Source of the DNA: a virus
Lineage: Duplodnaviria; Caudoviricetes
DNA: 61,895 nt
Direction: 5' to 3' (one strand)
Virus record (IMG/VR): IMGVR_UViG_3300016675_000012
Coordinates: 1 to 61,895 of that record
Numbering within the stretch: position 1 is the first letter of the stretch; every line of letters starts with the position of its first letter. Both the position numbers and the translations under genes were made by a program. This document shows, piece by piece, positions 38,401 to 48,372 of this stretch. The notes beneath the pieces were generated by a model. The model searched no databases and was not told the origin of the DNA. It worked only from the letters and a program-made list of their open reading frames with translations.

Positions 38401-41400
38401 TTTTGCCAAGAGCAATCAGGGCCTTGCTGTCCAGTCTCAGTTCAGACGCAATGACCACATGGATCGAAGCGAAAGTCGTCTTTTGATACTCACTCAGACC
38501 AAATCCACCGAAGTCGAGTTTCTTGAGAGCATCCTCAGCAGTCATCATGTATTTGGTGATCTGCTTGTTGGCTTCCTTGCCTGTCGCAATCTTCGATTGC
38601 TCCAGACGTTCTCTCATTCTGTCGATCCAGAAATTGGTCATCGTCGAGAATGTAGGAGTCACTTCCTCATCCTCTTGGGTCTCGAACCCACCCGGATACT
38701 CTTCGTTACGGATCATCTCCGTGTTGAAGAGGATCTGGCTATACATATCCAAAGGAACCACTCCAAGGATCTTCTGGATCCAAGCCTTTGCAGCCTTGGT
38801 CAGACGAGCCACCAGAGAAGTCGGAGTCTGTTTCAGCTCCTTCATCAGATGTTCATTGCTCAGAGTCCAAGCCATGAACTCATTCAGGGCCACAGAATCG
38901 CCCATAGGAGTGGCTTCAGACTTTGCCACGACAATGGCGGCCTTGGTTCTGAGATAGGCTTCCATGGTCTCCTCAGTGAAGCTGGCACTATCCAGCGTGA
39001 GGAACTCATCCATGAGAGCCTCAAGGTTCTTCACAGCCGTAGACTTCTGAACCCCAGTGTAGTGGTCCAGCACAGCCTTGAAGGTAGCCATGTGAATCAG
39101 CTCATGGGTGATCGTCTCATGGTTGTCACTGATGATGAAGATCGTGTTGCTATCCACGTCGTAGAAGCCCTTGGTTCTTTGTTCCAAGGTCTTGGACGAT
39201 GGATTGCTGTTCTCAGCTCTCCACTTGGCAATCTGATCTTCAGTCCCCATGACTATACGAGCATCATCAGGGAGCATCCCTCTGATGGAGCGAACCACAT
39301 CTCTCAGGTAAGGTTTGGCCTGTTTCATCAGGGCAAGAGTCATCGTAGCGACATCAGTCACCACAATAGGATCCTGAACTTGAACAGGCTCTTCTTGTTG
39401 AGCAGCAGGAACAACCACTTCTTTCCCATCCAGTTTGTCTTGGATGAGTTGGTTGATCTCTTCGTAGGTCAGTTCCTTGCCGTCTTCGTTCCGAACATAG
39501 GCAATACCTGAACCGCCCATGTGATCCACTGACAGAGTGATCTCTTTGAACACAGCCTTTCTGGCTTGGTTCAAACGATGAGCCTCTTTCAGTTTGGTCT
39601 CCAGATCTTCAACACGAACAGCGACAATCGGTGATCTCTCTTCCGATACCTTCTTCACGTTGTTGAAAGCCATGGTCAGTTTGTTTTCCAGACCTTGGCT
39701 TCTGACCTTCTCAAGGAAACCAGAGAAGTTATCGACAATGGGACCGATCACATCGTTGTCCCAGTTGGCAAGAACAGCTTCGTTGATCTGGGGAGCCAGA
39801 TCACTGAAGTCACTCACAGCCATGTCGATACCGTCAAAGATGGGGATGGCTCTTTGAGGAGCATTATCAGCCCCAAAGATCCGGTTCATCATCATGGCGT
39901 CACCACGTCCCTGAACCACATAGGGAATGGTTTTTACCCCCATATGGTCAGGTCTTTGCATAGTGGACTTCACACTGATCTTGCCTGAGAGGTTGGCACT
40001 CATCTCAGTCTTGTCTTGTTGACCAGTGAAGTCTCCAATCCGAAGAGCCTGAAGACCATCGTCAAAGTATGGAGCAAACTCCATGGTCTCTTTGACCACA
40101 GCGTCATAAGCCTCTTGGCTCAACTTTCTCAGAGCAAACTTGCTCGTGTTGTTGGCTTCCCATTCCTTTCTGGCTTCTTCAACGACTTCAGCCAAACGCT
40201 GTTCAAAGAACAGACGCATGAATTCACCTTGAACGCCTGTGGTATAAACCAGCAGAGCATTCACATCAGTCGTCTTCTCGCTCATCACTTCACTGATGGA
40301 GTCACTGAGGACCACTCCAATGGTGTCTTTCACCAGTTGAGCAAAAAGAACCATCATGTCTCTGGGCAGGATGAACTTGTTCACATCCAGCTTTTCAGGA
40401 AGTCTCACACCAAAGAGCATATCCAGATCATCATTGATCTCTGGGTAGTTCAGGTGTTCTTCCACTGAGACACCATCAGGCAGTTCAACCAGTTGAGTGT
40501 AGAACCCAACCAGCATGTCCTGAGTGATCCCATCAGCAATCCCAGTCTCACCAGACCCATAGACACGCTTGGTCATGGGGTTCTTGGAAGTGGCACGGCT
40601 CATGACAATCGAGCCATCAGGCTTGATCTCGAAGTCCCCGAAGTGAGCAGCAAACCGTTGCAGAGCAATCAGCCGCTTCTTGTCCAACCCTTTGGCAGAG
40701 TTGATCATGTTGAACATCTTCTTCGTCGAGAAAGTAGAGTTCACCTCATAGAGATCCACTTCCCCACCTGAAAACAGAGTGTTCAGGGTCTCATTCTTTG
40801 AACCAAGGAACAGACCGATACGCTTGAAGTTTTCATACTCAAGCCGGGTCATCAGACCTTGGCCAAAGGCCATCATCATGTTGGCAGGACCGTCAGTCTT
40901 GCCGTCCAGTTCGAAGCTGAGAGAGGTCTCGAAAGTATCAGCCTTGCCTGCCTTCAGAGCCTGCTGGAGACGTGCCACAGCCAGCACAGCATTGACCTGT
41001 GCCACTTCAACAGACTCACCCTTGTTGGCCTTCAGCATGGCATCTGCAAAGGCTTCTTGATCCAGAGAACCTGTCTCCAGATACTGAGAAACCAGTTGAA
41101 CAGCTTCACCGAAGCGAGCCTGAAAATCCTGTTGAACAGTCGAAAGGATCTTCGAGTGGAGTTTCTTCTCCACTTTCGCAATCCCTGAAGACTGAGCCAC
41201 AGTCAGCCAGAAAGCATCCTTGTGTTTCTGATTGTTGGCCATATCCAGTTTGGAATGGGTCGGAGTGATCATGGCTCTCAGCAACTTGTTGTTCTGAGGA
41301 TTCAGACCCTTCATCTGGTGACGACCAACATTGGTCACACCAACCGGATAGAACACAGGACGACCAGCAGCAGCATCTGCCATCTGGAAAGCAGTGAGGT

Positions 41401-44400
41401 AGTCACGTTCGATAGACGTGTTTTTGCCTTCAATGCTCAGACGCAGAGGGTGACGAGCAGCCAGTTGAGAAGAATCCTTCTTCCCAGCCATTCTTGACCA
41501 AGTATCCAGACCCAGTGCCTTGAAGAAACCGATCACAGGTTCTGAAGGAATATGAGCTGTGTCTTGCATTTTCTTGAGAGCCTTACGCTCAAGAGGAGAC
41601 AACTTCACATCAGGCTTATTGCTCTGGGTCGAGTCCACATGGGTCAGACGTTCCCCAAAGGAAGCCATGATACGGTCTTCCGGGAACAGAACATTGTCCA
41701 GAGAACCAGCAGCCTCAACTCCAATGGCTTCCTGTTCAGGGGCCAGATTGGAGATGTCGAAAGAGTAAGCACTCCCTTTGCCCACAGTGATCTTCACCAC
41801 TTGGACAAGAGGATCTTCCATCAAGCTGAGAACAGTGATGATCTCTTTGACCAGACCTTCTGTAGCACCCCGGATGTCAACCATCTGGGATTGTCTGTTG
41901 GGATTCACATTCCACAGCTTCATGACTTTTCGAGCCAGTTGCTCAGAAGTTGATCTCGGAGGAACGCTGGACAAAAGTCTTTGGATGTCTGTATCAGACA
42001 GATCTTCAGGCTTCAGTTCTAGTTCCTTCATCAAGTCTTCCAGACGATCAGCACCATAGGCTCTTGCTGTAGTCATCCAGTCGATGACCACGAGAGATGC
42101 CATATCCAGAAAACGTTGATCATAGACCCCTGTCTCAGGATCCACGATCATCAGAGTCTTGGCTCTCTGGATTTCCAGCACCTCTTCAGCATTTGCCTTC
42201 AGAGCCTCAGCCATGACCGGACCACCATTGGAGTTCAGGGTCACAGTCTGAAGACGCTTGTTCATTCCGTCACGAATACGCTCGATCAGGATCTCAGCAA
42301 ACTCACGGTAGACTTCTGTTTTCGGTTGAGCAGAGATCAGATTCAGAGCCTCTTGAGCAGTCTGAGCCTTAGGAGCAGTCTTCTTTGGCCGAAACACTGA
42401 GACAAAGCGAGACCCAGTGAAGGGTTTCAATTCCCCAGTAGTCTTTGGCTCATACCCCACTTGCCGGAAGCCAGCCTCATTGGCTGCACGTTCCAAAGCA
42501 ATGTTTGCAGGGTCCATGAGATCCTTGGAGAACACTTCACCACGATTGAGCTGTGCAATGTGTTCCAGCTCATGGGCCATGATGAAGCCCACATAGGTAT
42601 TCACTCCCTTGCCAAGAATGAACTTCTTGAAGTGAGAGACATCCATACCCTTGAAGACTTCAGCCTTCTGAGCAGAGGTCTGCCCTTCCAGCCCATTGAT
42701 ATAGGTCAGACCATTTTTGAAGTCTGAGAGGATCTTGGCCACATTCAGACGAATGGTTTTCTTGCTCGGACTGGTTCCAGCCAGAGATTGAGTCTCGTCA
42801 TTGACGATGACCAGAGACCATCCTTCAGGAAGTTTCCCCTCATATCTGGCTTTGATCTTCTCTGTCAAAGCTGTGACTTCATCCGTCTCGGACGCGACCG
42901 GGGTCGCATCCTCGACAGCCGTTGTGGGAGGAGTTTGTTCCTGTGTTTGGTTCTGTGTGTTCTGGCCGTTCTCGTCGGTCCCTCCTGCCGGAGGAACCTC
43001 CTCGACCGCCGTTGTGTTTTGGTTGGTGTTTTGGTCGCCAACCAAAGCGGTCTCAGAAGCGGTCACTTGCTCTTCTTGAGTTGCTGTTTTGGCAGCAGTC
43101 TCAGTAGCTTCCACCGTTTTCAGAACCGGAACTTCTTTCGGTCCATTCGGGAAAGCTTCAGGGTAAGCAGCAGCCAGAGCATTGTAGACCTTAATCAAGA
43201 CCTTGGCATCAGCAGCCACAGTCTTGGCAAAGGTCACAGAATTCACAGACCGCTTGTTGTAGTTGACAGCAGCAGAACCAGCCATGCCAGCCTTGATGAA
43301 GTCTTTGCCACGAACAAGAGTGTCGTGCATGACTCTTGGTCCAACTCCAGAAGCATCGTTCTTGTCGAACGATTCATTCAGGGCATTGACCTTGAAGGTC
43401 ATGTGATCAGCCAGTTTGCCCATATTTTCGGCAATGGTCTTCACAGGAACTCTGACCCCATCAATCTCCACAGACTGATCAGGTGATCTCATTCCAGTGA
43501 TGATCTGGTTGGCAAAGTCATTGATCGAAGGAACCTTGTTTTCCCCTGACAGGTTTCCAACGATCAGATTGCGAGAGACTTTCTCCACATTGGTTTCAGG
43601 CTTCTCCGGGTTTTGCCCAGTAGCCTTGAGAGCCTTGTATTTCTCTTCAGCAATCTGAACGATGCCCTCTTTGTAAGAGTTCATCGGGATCGACACACTC
43701 TGAGCGATCTCCAGATCACGAACGATCTCAGGAGTCAGACTTTCACGATCATCCTGTTTCAGGATACGAGAAACAATCTCAGGGTTCACATTGGTTGGAT
43801 TGACCTTGCTCATGGCAATGGTCATCGCTTTCACTTTTGGTGAAATCGCTTCAATCGTTGGACTGATTGCAGTGTTCAGATCCAGACGAGCAGCTCTCTT
43901 CCGAATACGTTCCAGATCCGGTGAAGCCAGAACCTTCTTCACTTTCTCTTGGATCTCAGGAGCCAGAGAAGCAGCAGCTCCCTGCATCTGGTTGAACTTC
44001 TCAGTCACATACAGAATGGCATCATCTGCCATGTCTGAAATCGGAGTCTTCTTCTCAGCCAGAGTCTTCACGATTGCAGTCATCGTGTCAGCAATGGTCG
44101 ATCCCGGAACGACTGTATCCTTGAAGACTTCAGGAACTGACTCAGGAGTAGTGTCAGTCGCTGAACCAAGGGAACCAGTATCCACAGCAGGGTCTCTCAC
44201 TGCCTGAGACACTTCCTCAGCAGCAGCAACTGTCTCTGACTGGATCACAGGGTTCGGTCTTTCAACGTAGTCCTGAGCAGTCTTGATTGCCTTGTTCACC
44301 AGAGGCTCAGCAGCAGCCTTGGCAGCCTGCACACCAGTCTTGATGGTGTCCACAGCCGAAGACAGCACACCGCTCTCAGGAAGCCTCTCTGCGAGGCCCT

Positions 44401-45862
44401 GAGCAGCTTCTCTGACTCGTCCAGTGACAGAGTTGAACAAATCCTCAGCAGGAGATGTCTGAGTCATCGTAGAACGAAGATCAGCCTCTCTCTCTTGAGG
44501 AGTCATACGCTCTCTGGCGTCAGCACGACGTTGAACAGCAATCTGATCACCCATACTCTGAACAAAGCGATCATAGGCCACTTCTTCACGGATACGGTCA
44601 GCTTGTTCCTGAAGACCATTGGCAATCCCTGAAGGGGCACCAATGGCACCAGCAACACCGAAGCCTCCAATGGCTCCCAGTGCCACTTGATCACCCACAC
44701 CTTCAATCAGACCTTGAGTCGGATCGACGATACGTTGAATGGCAAGGTTCTGGTTCAGTTGACCAGATCCACCTTGAGCAGCTTCTTCCAGTGCTTCTTT
44801 TCCGGCTGTAGCCAAAACACCAAGAGGGTTCTCACCTCTCATCACTGACAGAGGATTGGCGTTGAACTTGGCACTCAAGAGACCAGCAGCCATTGCTGAA
44901 GGAAGTTGTCTCACGAAAGCATCAAGACCAGCAGCGTCAGCCACTTCCATCAGAGCAGTCTGATGAGTGTAACCTTGAGTAATCAGATCCTGATACATCT
45001 GAGAGCCAGCCATCTCTTCAGGAGTGCGGCTCATCACTTCATTGACTGTAGACGTGTAGGTCGAAGTTGCTTCTGTCAGACCCATACCCACAGAAGAGCC
45101 AGCAGTCTGAAGAGCCAGACGCTGAACACCCTCAATCCCGTATCTGGCAGCAAGACCTGTAGCCAGACGTTCACCAGCCTTGGCAAGAATTGAACCAGTG
45201 AGAACAGAGCCAGCAGCATTTGAGAGCAGATCTCCAGTAGCTACTGGGTCACTGAGAACACGTTCTCCAGCATTGATCACATCACGACCAAACATCGTGA
45301 GTCCAGCAATGAACTCACTGTCTCCAGCAGCAATGTCTTCTTCGTATTGACGTTGGCTGATCTCAGAGTCGATTGCACCGATCTCTCCTTGGATCCGGGC
45401 ACTCTCTTGAGCAACATCAGACCGGGTATCCAGAATTCCTTGAGTCACTTCATCAGTGGCTCCAGCAAGGACCACAGCGTAGTCCTTCATCACCCCACCG
45501 ATGTCTTCAGCAAGGGATCCATCTTCAGCGAAGTATTGGGTAGCATTCCCAACACCACTGACTGCCAGTGATCCAAGAGAACCAGCAAACTGAGGAATGG
45601 TTGCAGCAGCAGTGATCAGGGAGTCCCCAAGGATCTCACCAGCACTTCTGTTCCGAAGACGAGCAGCCTCTTGTTCAAGACGACGACGCTCTTCTTCAAG
45701 AGTCCGTTGCTGAACAGTAGGTTCAGTTGCTGCAACTTCAGCAAGAAACTGAGGGTTCGCCAGAACCGAGTTCGTATACTTAGGAGCCTGCGGTTCTGGC
45801 GTTGGGTTCAGAAAGTTGGGATTGGCCAGAGGAGAGTTGGCGTAGTTGGGAGTGTCAACCAT
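35399..45862 (-). CDS. virion-encapsidated RNA polymerase (N4 gp50 vRNAP)
   Basis: 3487 aa; motifs ELDGKTDGP (A), RATSKNPMTKRVYG (B), PIFDGID (C); no Cys seen on reading, as in N4 vRNAP. Confidence 0.95.
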   Translation of the reverse strand: MVDTPNYANSPLANPNFLNPTPEPQAPKYTNSVLANPQFLAEVAATEPTVQQRTLEEERRRLEQEAARLRNRSAGEILGDSLITAAATIPQFAGSLGSLAVSGVGNATQYFAEDGSLAEDIGGVMKDYAVVLAGATDEVTQGILDTRSDVAQESARIQGEIGAIDSEISQRQYEEDIAAGDSEFIAGLTMFGRDVINAGERVLSDPVATGDLLSNAAGSVLTGSILAKAGERLATGLAARYGIEGVQRLALQTAGSSVGMGLTEATSTYTSTVNEVMSRTPEEMAGSQMYQDLITQGYTHQTALMEVADAAGLDAFVRQLPSAMAAGLLSAKFNANPLSVMRGENPLGVLATAGKEALEEAAQGGSGQLNQNLAIQRIVDPTQGLIEGVGDQVALGAIGGFGVAGAIGAPSGIANGLQEQADRIREEVAYDRFVQSMGDQIAVQRRADARERMTPQEREADLRSTMTQTSPAEDLFNSVTGRVREAAQGLAERLPESGVLSSAVDTIKTGVQAAKAAAEPLVNKAIKTAQDYVERPNPVIQSETVAAAEEVSQAVRDPAVDTGSLGSATDTTPESVPEVFKDTVVPGSTIADTMTAIVKTLAEKKTPISDMADDAILYVTEKFNQMQGAAASLAPEIQEKVKKVLASPDLERIRKRAARLDLNTAISPTIEAISPKVKAMTIAMSKVNPTNVNPEIVSRILKQDDRESLTPEIVRDLEIAQSVSIPMNSYKEGIVQIAEEKYKALKATGQNPEKPETNVEKVSRNLIVGNLSGENKVPSINDFANQIITGMRSPDQSVEIDGVRVPVKTIAENMGKLADHMTFKVNALNESFDKNDASGVGPRVMHDTLVRGKDFIKAGMAGSAAVNYNKRSVNSVTFAKTVAADAKVLIKVYNALAAAYPEAFPNGPKEVPVLKTVEATETAAKTATQEEQVTASETALVGDQNTNQNTTAVEEVPPAGGTDENGQNTQNQTQEQTPPTTAVEDATPVASETDEVTALTEKIKARYEGKLPEGWSLVIVNDETQSLAGTSPSKKTIRLNVAKILSDFKNGLTYINGLEGQTSAQKAEVFKGMDVSHFKKFILGKGVNTYVGFIMAHELEHIAQLNRGEVFSKDLMDPANIALERAANEAGFRQVGYEPKTTGELKPFTGSRFVSVFRPKKTAPKAQTAQEALNLISAQPKTEVYREFAEILIERIRDGMNKRLQTVTLNSNGGPVMAEALKANAEEVLEIQRAKTLMIVDPETGVYDQRFLDMASLVVIDWMTTARAYGADRLEDLMKELELKPEDLSDTDIQRLLSSVPPRSTSEQLARKVMKLWNVNPNRQSQMVDIRGATEGLVKEIITVLSLMEDPLVQVVKITVGKGSAYSFDISNLAPEQEAIGVEAAGSLDNVLFPEDRIMASFGERLTHVDSTQSNKPDVKLSPLERKALKKMQDTAHIPSEPVIGFFKALGLDTWSRMAGKKDSSQLAARHPLRLSIEGKNTSIERDYLTAFQMADAAAGRPVFYPVGVTNVGRHQMKGLNPQNNKLLRAMITPTHSKLDMANNQKHKDAFWLTVAQSSGIAKVEKKLHSKILSTVQQDFQARFGEAVQLVSQYLETGSLDQEAFADAMLKANKGESVEVAQVNAVLAVARLQQALKAGKADTFETSLSFELDGKTDGPANMMMAFGQGLMTRLEYENFKRIGLFLGSKNETLNTLFSGGEVDLYEVNSTFSTKKMFNMINSAKGLDKKRLIALQRFAAHFGDFEIKPDGSIVMSRATSKNPMTKRVYGSGETGIADGITQDMLVGFYTQLVELPDGVSVEEHLNYPEINDDLDMLFGVRLPEKLDVNKFILPRDMMVLFAQLVKDTIGVVLSDSISEVMSEKTTDVNALLVYTTGVQGEFMRLFFEQRLAEVVEEARKEWEANNTSKFALRKLSQEAYDAVVKETMEFAPYFDDGLQALRIGDFTGQQDKTEMSANLSGKISVKSTMQRPDHMGVKTIPYVVQGRGDAMMMNRIFGADNAPQRAIPIFDGIDMAVSDFSDLAPQINEAVLANWDNDVIGPIVDNFSGFLEKVRSQGLENKLTMAFNNVKKVSEERSPIVAVRVEDLETKLKEAHRLNQARKAVFKEITLSVDHMGGSGIAYVRNEDGKELTYEEINQLIQDKLDGKEVVVPAAQQEEPVQVQDPIVVTDVATMTLALMKQAKPYLRDVVRSIRGMLPDDARIVMGTEDQIAKWRAENSNPSSKTLEQRTKGFYDVDSNTIFIISDNHETITHELIHMATFKAVLDHYTGVQKSTAVKNLEALMDEFLTLDSASFTEETMEAYLRTKAAIVVAKSEATPMGDSVALNEFMAWTLSNEHLMKELKQTPTSLVARLTKAAKAWIQKILGVVPLDMYSQILFNTEMIRNEEYPGGFETQEDEEVTPTFSTMTNFWIDRMRERLEQSKIATGKEANKQITKYMMTAEDALKKLDFGGFGLSEYQKTTFASIHVVIASELRLDSKALIALGKTYEHVVNNLTPAMLGDGQIGQDRYGAVMELMGATKNDEGVSDAIAVLLALSQTSTSFRKAMEQLPQPSVQRGQKVKSLNDLLTTSAGYLMQKMIASSDLEGKSVKEILDNLSDEILKQDNANEFKALQGLMKTFNKADKFVGGALSTLAQKTNALNREVQASTRNGLLKTVSGAVTLATNYLDPNLSRQSAKAAKTATHMGGLLDGAVFIRELVSEIVGGDAINTDVIQMLDKVNYVVQSSRQAYREELPVIFQNAFKTHPNEEQWRDLHHVLGKSDFAALFDLKNPDDSFDMLSDQSLLDRRIAALEKKIRKEFPGVTGQDMIDKGKQLADFMNGKGAGFQLIKNAYAIHKLAGGNKPAMVKELDRLISLYALNGTDKAQRESVANMQASDPDGVHNLLVYVQALNKEEDSKVISEAARMNGYKGYIPDHSKGEIDLIIARDADREDLERRGYVRVADDTTDSGSLTSRGYYMTTVKQGGNYSQGVLQQVQDTYRGVNATTGLTVNGTTSGVISGIAVVSLTDALNNAGTVRDPKNVLIPVYDQDGGVLFYERAINPDLAQKYLQPPSNMAMMVGAWAGRQVEEKFSHEYNLALVTELKKIWDNREPNTDGLFERMDTSKDKIYQESWKVIPPQLKEHIIGVFGEETGFMVRKDMINLALGYRDPSIVDVWTGNHRLPESVALAVKTVGKMTMGDKAFKWLANTETVTMNTVSTAKDLIVVRSLVVPFMNTQSNVMQLVNRGVGTKAVMKGYRDKFVEIDKLNENLKKIMGLQAEIRLAATNKNKVAILKQQIQVLEDENKRFSVAPLVEAGAYKTISEGMTELDVSITDGKFGDWVEGQLNKLPAGVQTVVKYGLLSKDTAIYRGANKAVQYGDFIAKSIYYDHLIETGMSPERAMAKVNEEFVNFSILPGRMRTGLESIGATWFLTFKIRSMKVALQTIRENPVRSLVGIGVLGLESGPVTDNLISKAAEGTLPYSLGWDMLWDAPGMNPWATLTAG

Positions 45863-45892
45863 GGGAGTTCCTCAAACAGGTTGAGGACTCTC

Positions 45893-47893
45893 TTACCCTC
45901 TAATGTCTGCGAGGAGAAGTTCTTTTTCGTTTGGAGTTAGTGTTGAGTCCAGACGAACAGTCTCTTCCAGTTGAGCCATAGCCCGATAGAACTCAGCAGA
46001 GTTCGGATCGAGACCTTGCAGACGAGATGCCATCCCAGTCCTAGAGATGTAGTCTCTCAGGTTTTGTTCACGTTCTCTGGGAGTCATACCCTTGAGAATG
46101 GTATCCCTCAGAGTGTTGATCTCTGCTTCCGCAGCAGCTCTCTCAGATGAACCAACAGGAAGCTTTGCAGCTCTGGTTCGAGCAGTAGCCAGTTGCAGCT
46201 CAGCAGCAGCTCTTTCAGCCTCACGAGCTGAAGTCTCTGACAGAGAAGCATCATATGCAGCACGAGCCTGTTCACCGAAGTTTCTTTCGGCCAAACTCAT
46301 GATGGTTGCATACATGTCTGTGTCTGGTGCAGCCTGAAGCATGTCATTGAATTGACCAAAGTTTCCTTGAGAAACCTGAGCCAGAGTTGCAGCCATTTCA
46401 CCTTCAGTGACACCAGCACTCTGAGCCATCTGAGCAACACGTCTGTTGACATACTCAGCATCAACCCCAGAACCTTCAGGCACTTCCATACCTGACAGAA
46501 GAGACTGACCCACATTCCCAGACTCTTGAAGAGTTTGAGCCTGTTCATAGAGTTGAGCAGTTGGATCAATTCCAGCCTGTCTCTGATCAGCAGCAGCACT
46601 TCTTGCCAGAGCATCAGTGACCTGTTGGTCAGGGCTGACAGTAGGAGCAATGACACCACCAAAGCGTCCAAGATCCTGTCCAGCAGCAGCCAATTGGTTG
46701 CCATAGCTGAGACCCGGAGTAGACAGCAGATCTCTCTGAACAGCAGCCTCACTGAGGTTGTTAGGATCCAGAAGAGCAGCAGTCGTAGCCTGTGCAGCCA
46801 GTTCAGCCTGACGACGAGCCTCAGCAGCATCAATCTGTTTTTGGCCTTGTCTCTGTTGGTCCAGCACATTGTTGTAGAGAGCCAGAGCCTCATCAGGTGT
46901 CATATAAGTCCCTGCCATCAGGGCAGAGGTAAAGTCAGCCGTAGCTTGACCACCCATGGGGTTTTCTCTGACTGGGACTGTTCCAGCCACAGCACCATTG
47001 TAAGCAGCTCTCAGCCACTCAGGAGCAGTATCACCAGAGCCTCCAGCACCCCAGACTGCGGATTCACCGAAGCCAATGTGCATACGGCCAGCACCCATGT
47101 AATCATTGTCAGCCCCAATGCCTGTAATGCCGTTGGCTCTGGCTCTTGTCACAATCTCTTGGAAGATCGGAAGGTCTTGAGGATTGTTCCAATCAAGCTT
47201 TCGATCACCAATGTAGAAATCTGCATCAGCAGCATTCCCATGGTTGTGACGAGTTGACCCTGTTCCATTGGGACCATTGTTCTCTTGTCCACCAGAAACA
47301 ACTTTCATGGTGATGCCCATATCACCAAGGAAGCTCATGGCACTCACAAGGTCAGAAGACAGAGGATCATTTCTTGTTGCCCCTTGGTTGTCCATGACAA
47401 GCCAAGCAGGAGCAGAGCCACTTCCTGTGCCATACCGTTGGGCTTCTTGGACAGCACTCATGAAGGCAGGAGTCAAAGCTCTCTGCTCATTTCTTCTGGC
47501 CACACCATCCAGATACTCAGCAGCAGTTCTGGTTTCACCAGCATTTGCACGAGCATTCGCATCAGCAGCATTGGTTGTTGCTTGTCTGGTTTGGTTGTTC
47601 CCCAGAATGGCAGATCTTGCACCAAGAATGTTCTGACGCATTGTGTCAGAGATGTTCATGGAAGCCAGATCTGTAGTTCTCAGGAAGTTCGCCAGATCCT
47701 CTTCTGAGTTCAGACCAGCAAGGGCACCAATGAGAGCTTGATCTCCCTTGGCTTGTTGACCCTCATTGTATGAGTCAAGAATGCCTTTGGCACTCTCCAT
47801 GCCAGAGGTGAAGCTCTGATTGGCCCGAGCCAGCATCTCTGAAACAGAGGAGAAGTCTGGAGCCTTGACTTGCTCAATCGTCAGACGTGCCAT
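45893..47893 (-). CDS. ejection/internal virion protein (gp51-like) with an M15-type peptidase domain
   Basis: Position next to vRNAP; VVSG...STRHNHGNAAD...GIG...MHIG motif; Ala/Gln-rich helices. Confidence 0.7.
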   Translation of the reverse strand: MARLTIEQVKAPDFSSVSEMLARANQSFTSGMESAKGILDSYNEGQQAKGDQALIGALAGLNSEEDLANFLRTTDLASMNISDTMRQNILGARSAILGNNQTRQATTNAADANARANAGETRTAAEYLDGVARRNEQRALTPAFMSAVQEAQRYGTGSGSAPAWLVMDNQGATRNDPLSSDLVSAMSFLGDMGITMKVVSGGQENNGPNGTGSTRHNHGNAADADFYIGDRKLDWNNPQDLPIFQEIVTRARANGITGIGADNDYMGAGRMHIGFGESAVWGAGGSGDTAPEWLRAAYNGAVAGTVPVRENPMGGQATADFTSALMAGTYMTPDEALALYNNVLDQQRQGQKQIDAAEARRQAELAAQATTAALLDPNNLSEAAVQRDLLSTPGLSYGNQLAAAGQDLGRFGGVIAPTVSPDQQVTDALARSAAADQRQAGIDPTAQLYEQAQTLQESGNVGQSLLSGMEVPEGSGVDAEYVNRRVAQMAQSAGVTEGEMAATLAQVSQGNFGQFNDMLQAAPDTDMYATIMSLAERNFGEQARAAYDASLSETSAREAERAAAELQLATARTRAAKLPVGSSERAAAEAEINTLRDTILKGMTPREREQNLRDYISRTGMASRLQGLDPNSAEFYRAMAQLEETVRLDSTLTPNEKELLLADIRG

Positions 47894-47904
47894 TGGTCAT
47901 CTCC

Positions 47905-48363
47905 TCAGAGGCTGTGATCTTTCAGGTAGGCATCAGCTTCAGCCTGAGAACGCCCTTCGTTCACATAGCGAGATCTGATACGGTCTTCGAGAGCTGTGTT
48001 GTAGCTCTGTTCTTGGTTCTGAAGGTTGGTGTTGAAAGCATCCTTCTGGAATTGGAAAGACTGCTTTGCCAGCTTCTGTTGTTGGAAGCTGTTCCACAGT
48101 GAACCAAGGGTCTGAATGGCACCGAGAGCAAACTGACCGATACCACCCTGAGCGAAGAAACCCGGAGTAGCAGGAGCAGCAACTCCAGTTCCTGTCCCAG
48201 TAGGAGTAGGAGTTGGAACCGTCACACCAGTTGCAGTCTGAGGAGCAACTCCAGTTATCGTTGGAGTAGTTCCAGCAGCAGTAATTGCTGCACCCGGATC
48301 AACCGTAGGCATCCCCATGGAAAGCCCAGTTGGATCTGTTGAAAAGATGTCTGTGTAGCTCAT
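47905..48363 (-). CDS. virion protein (N4 gp52-like)
   Basis: QKLAKQSFQFQK...NQEQSYNTALEDR motif; synteny. Confidence 0.75.
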   Translation of the reverse strand: MSYTDIFSTDPTGLSMGMPTVDPGAAITAAGTTPTITGVAPQTATGVTVPTPTPTGTGTGVAAPATPGFFAQGGIGQFALGAIQTLGSLWNSFQQQKLAKQSFQFQKDAFNTNLQNQEQSYNTALEDRIRSRYVNEGRSQAEADAYLKDHSL

Positions 48364-48372
48364 ATCTGCCTC

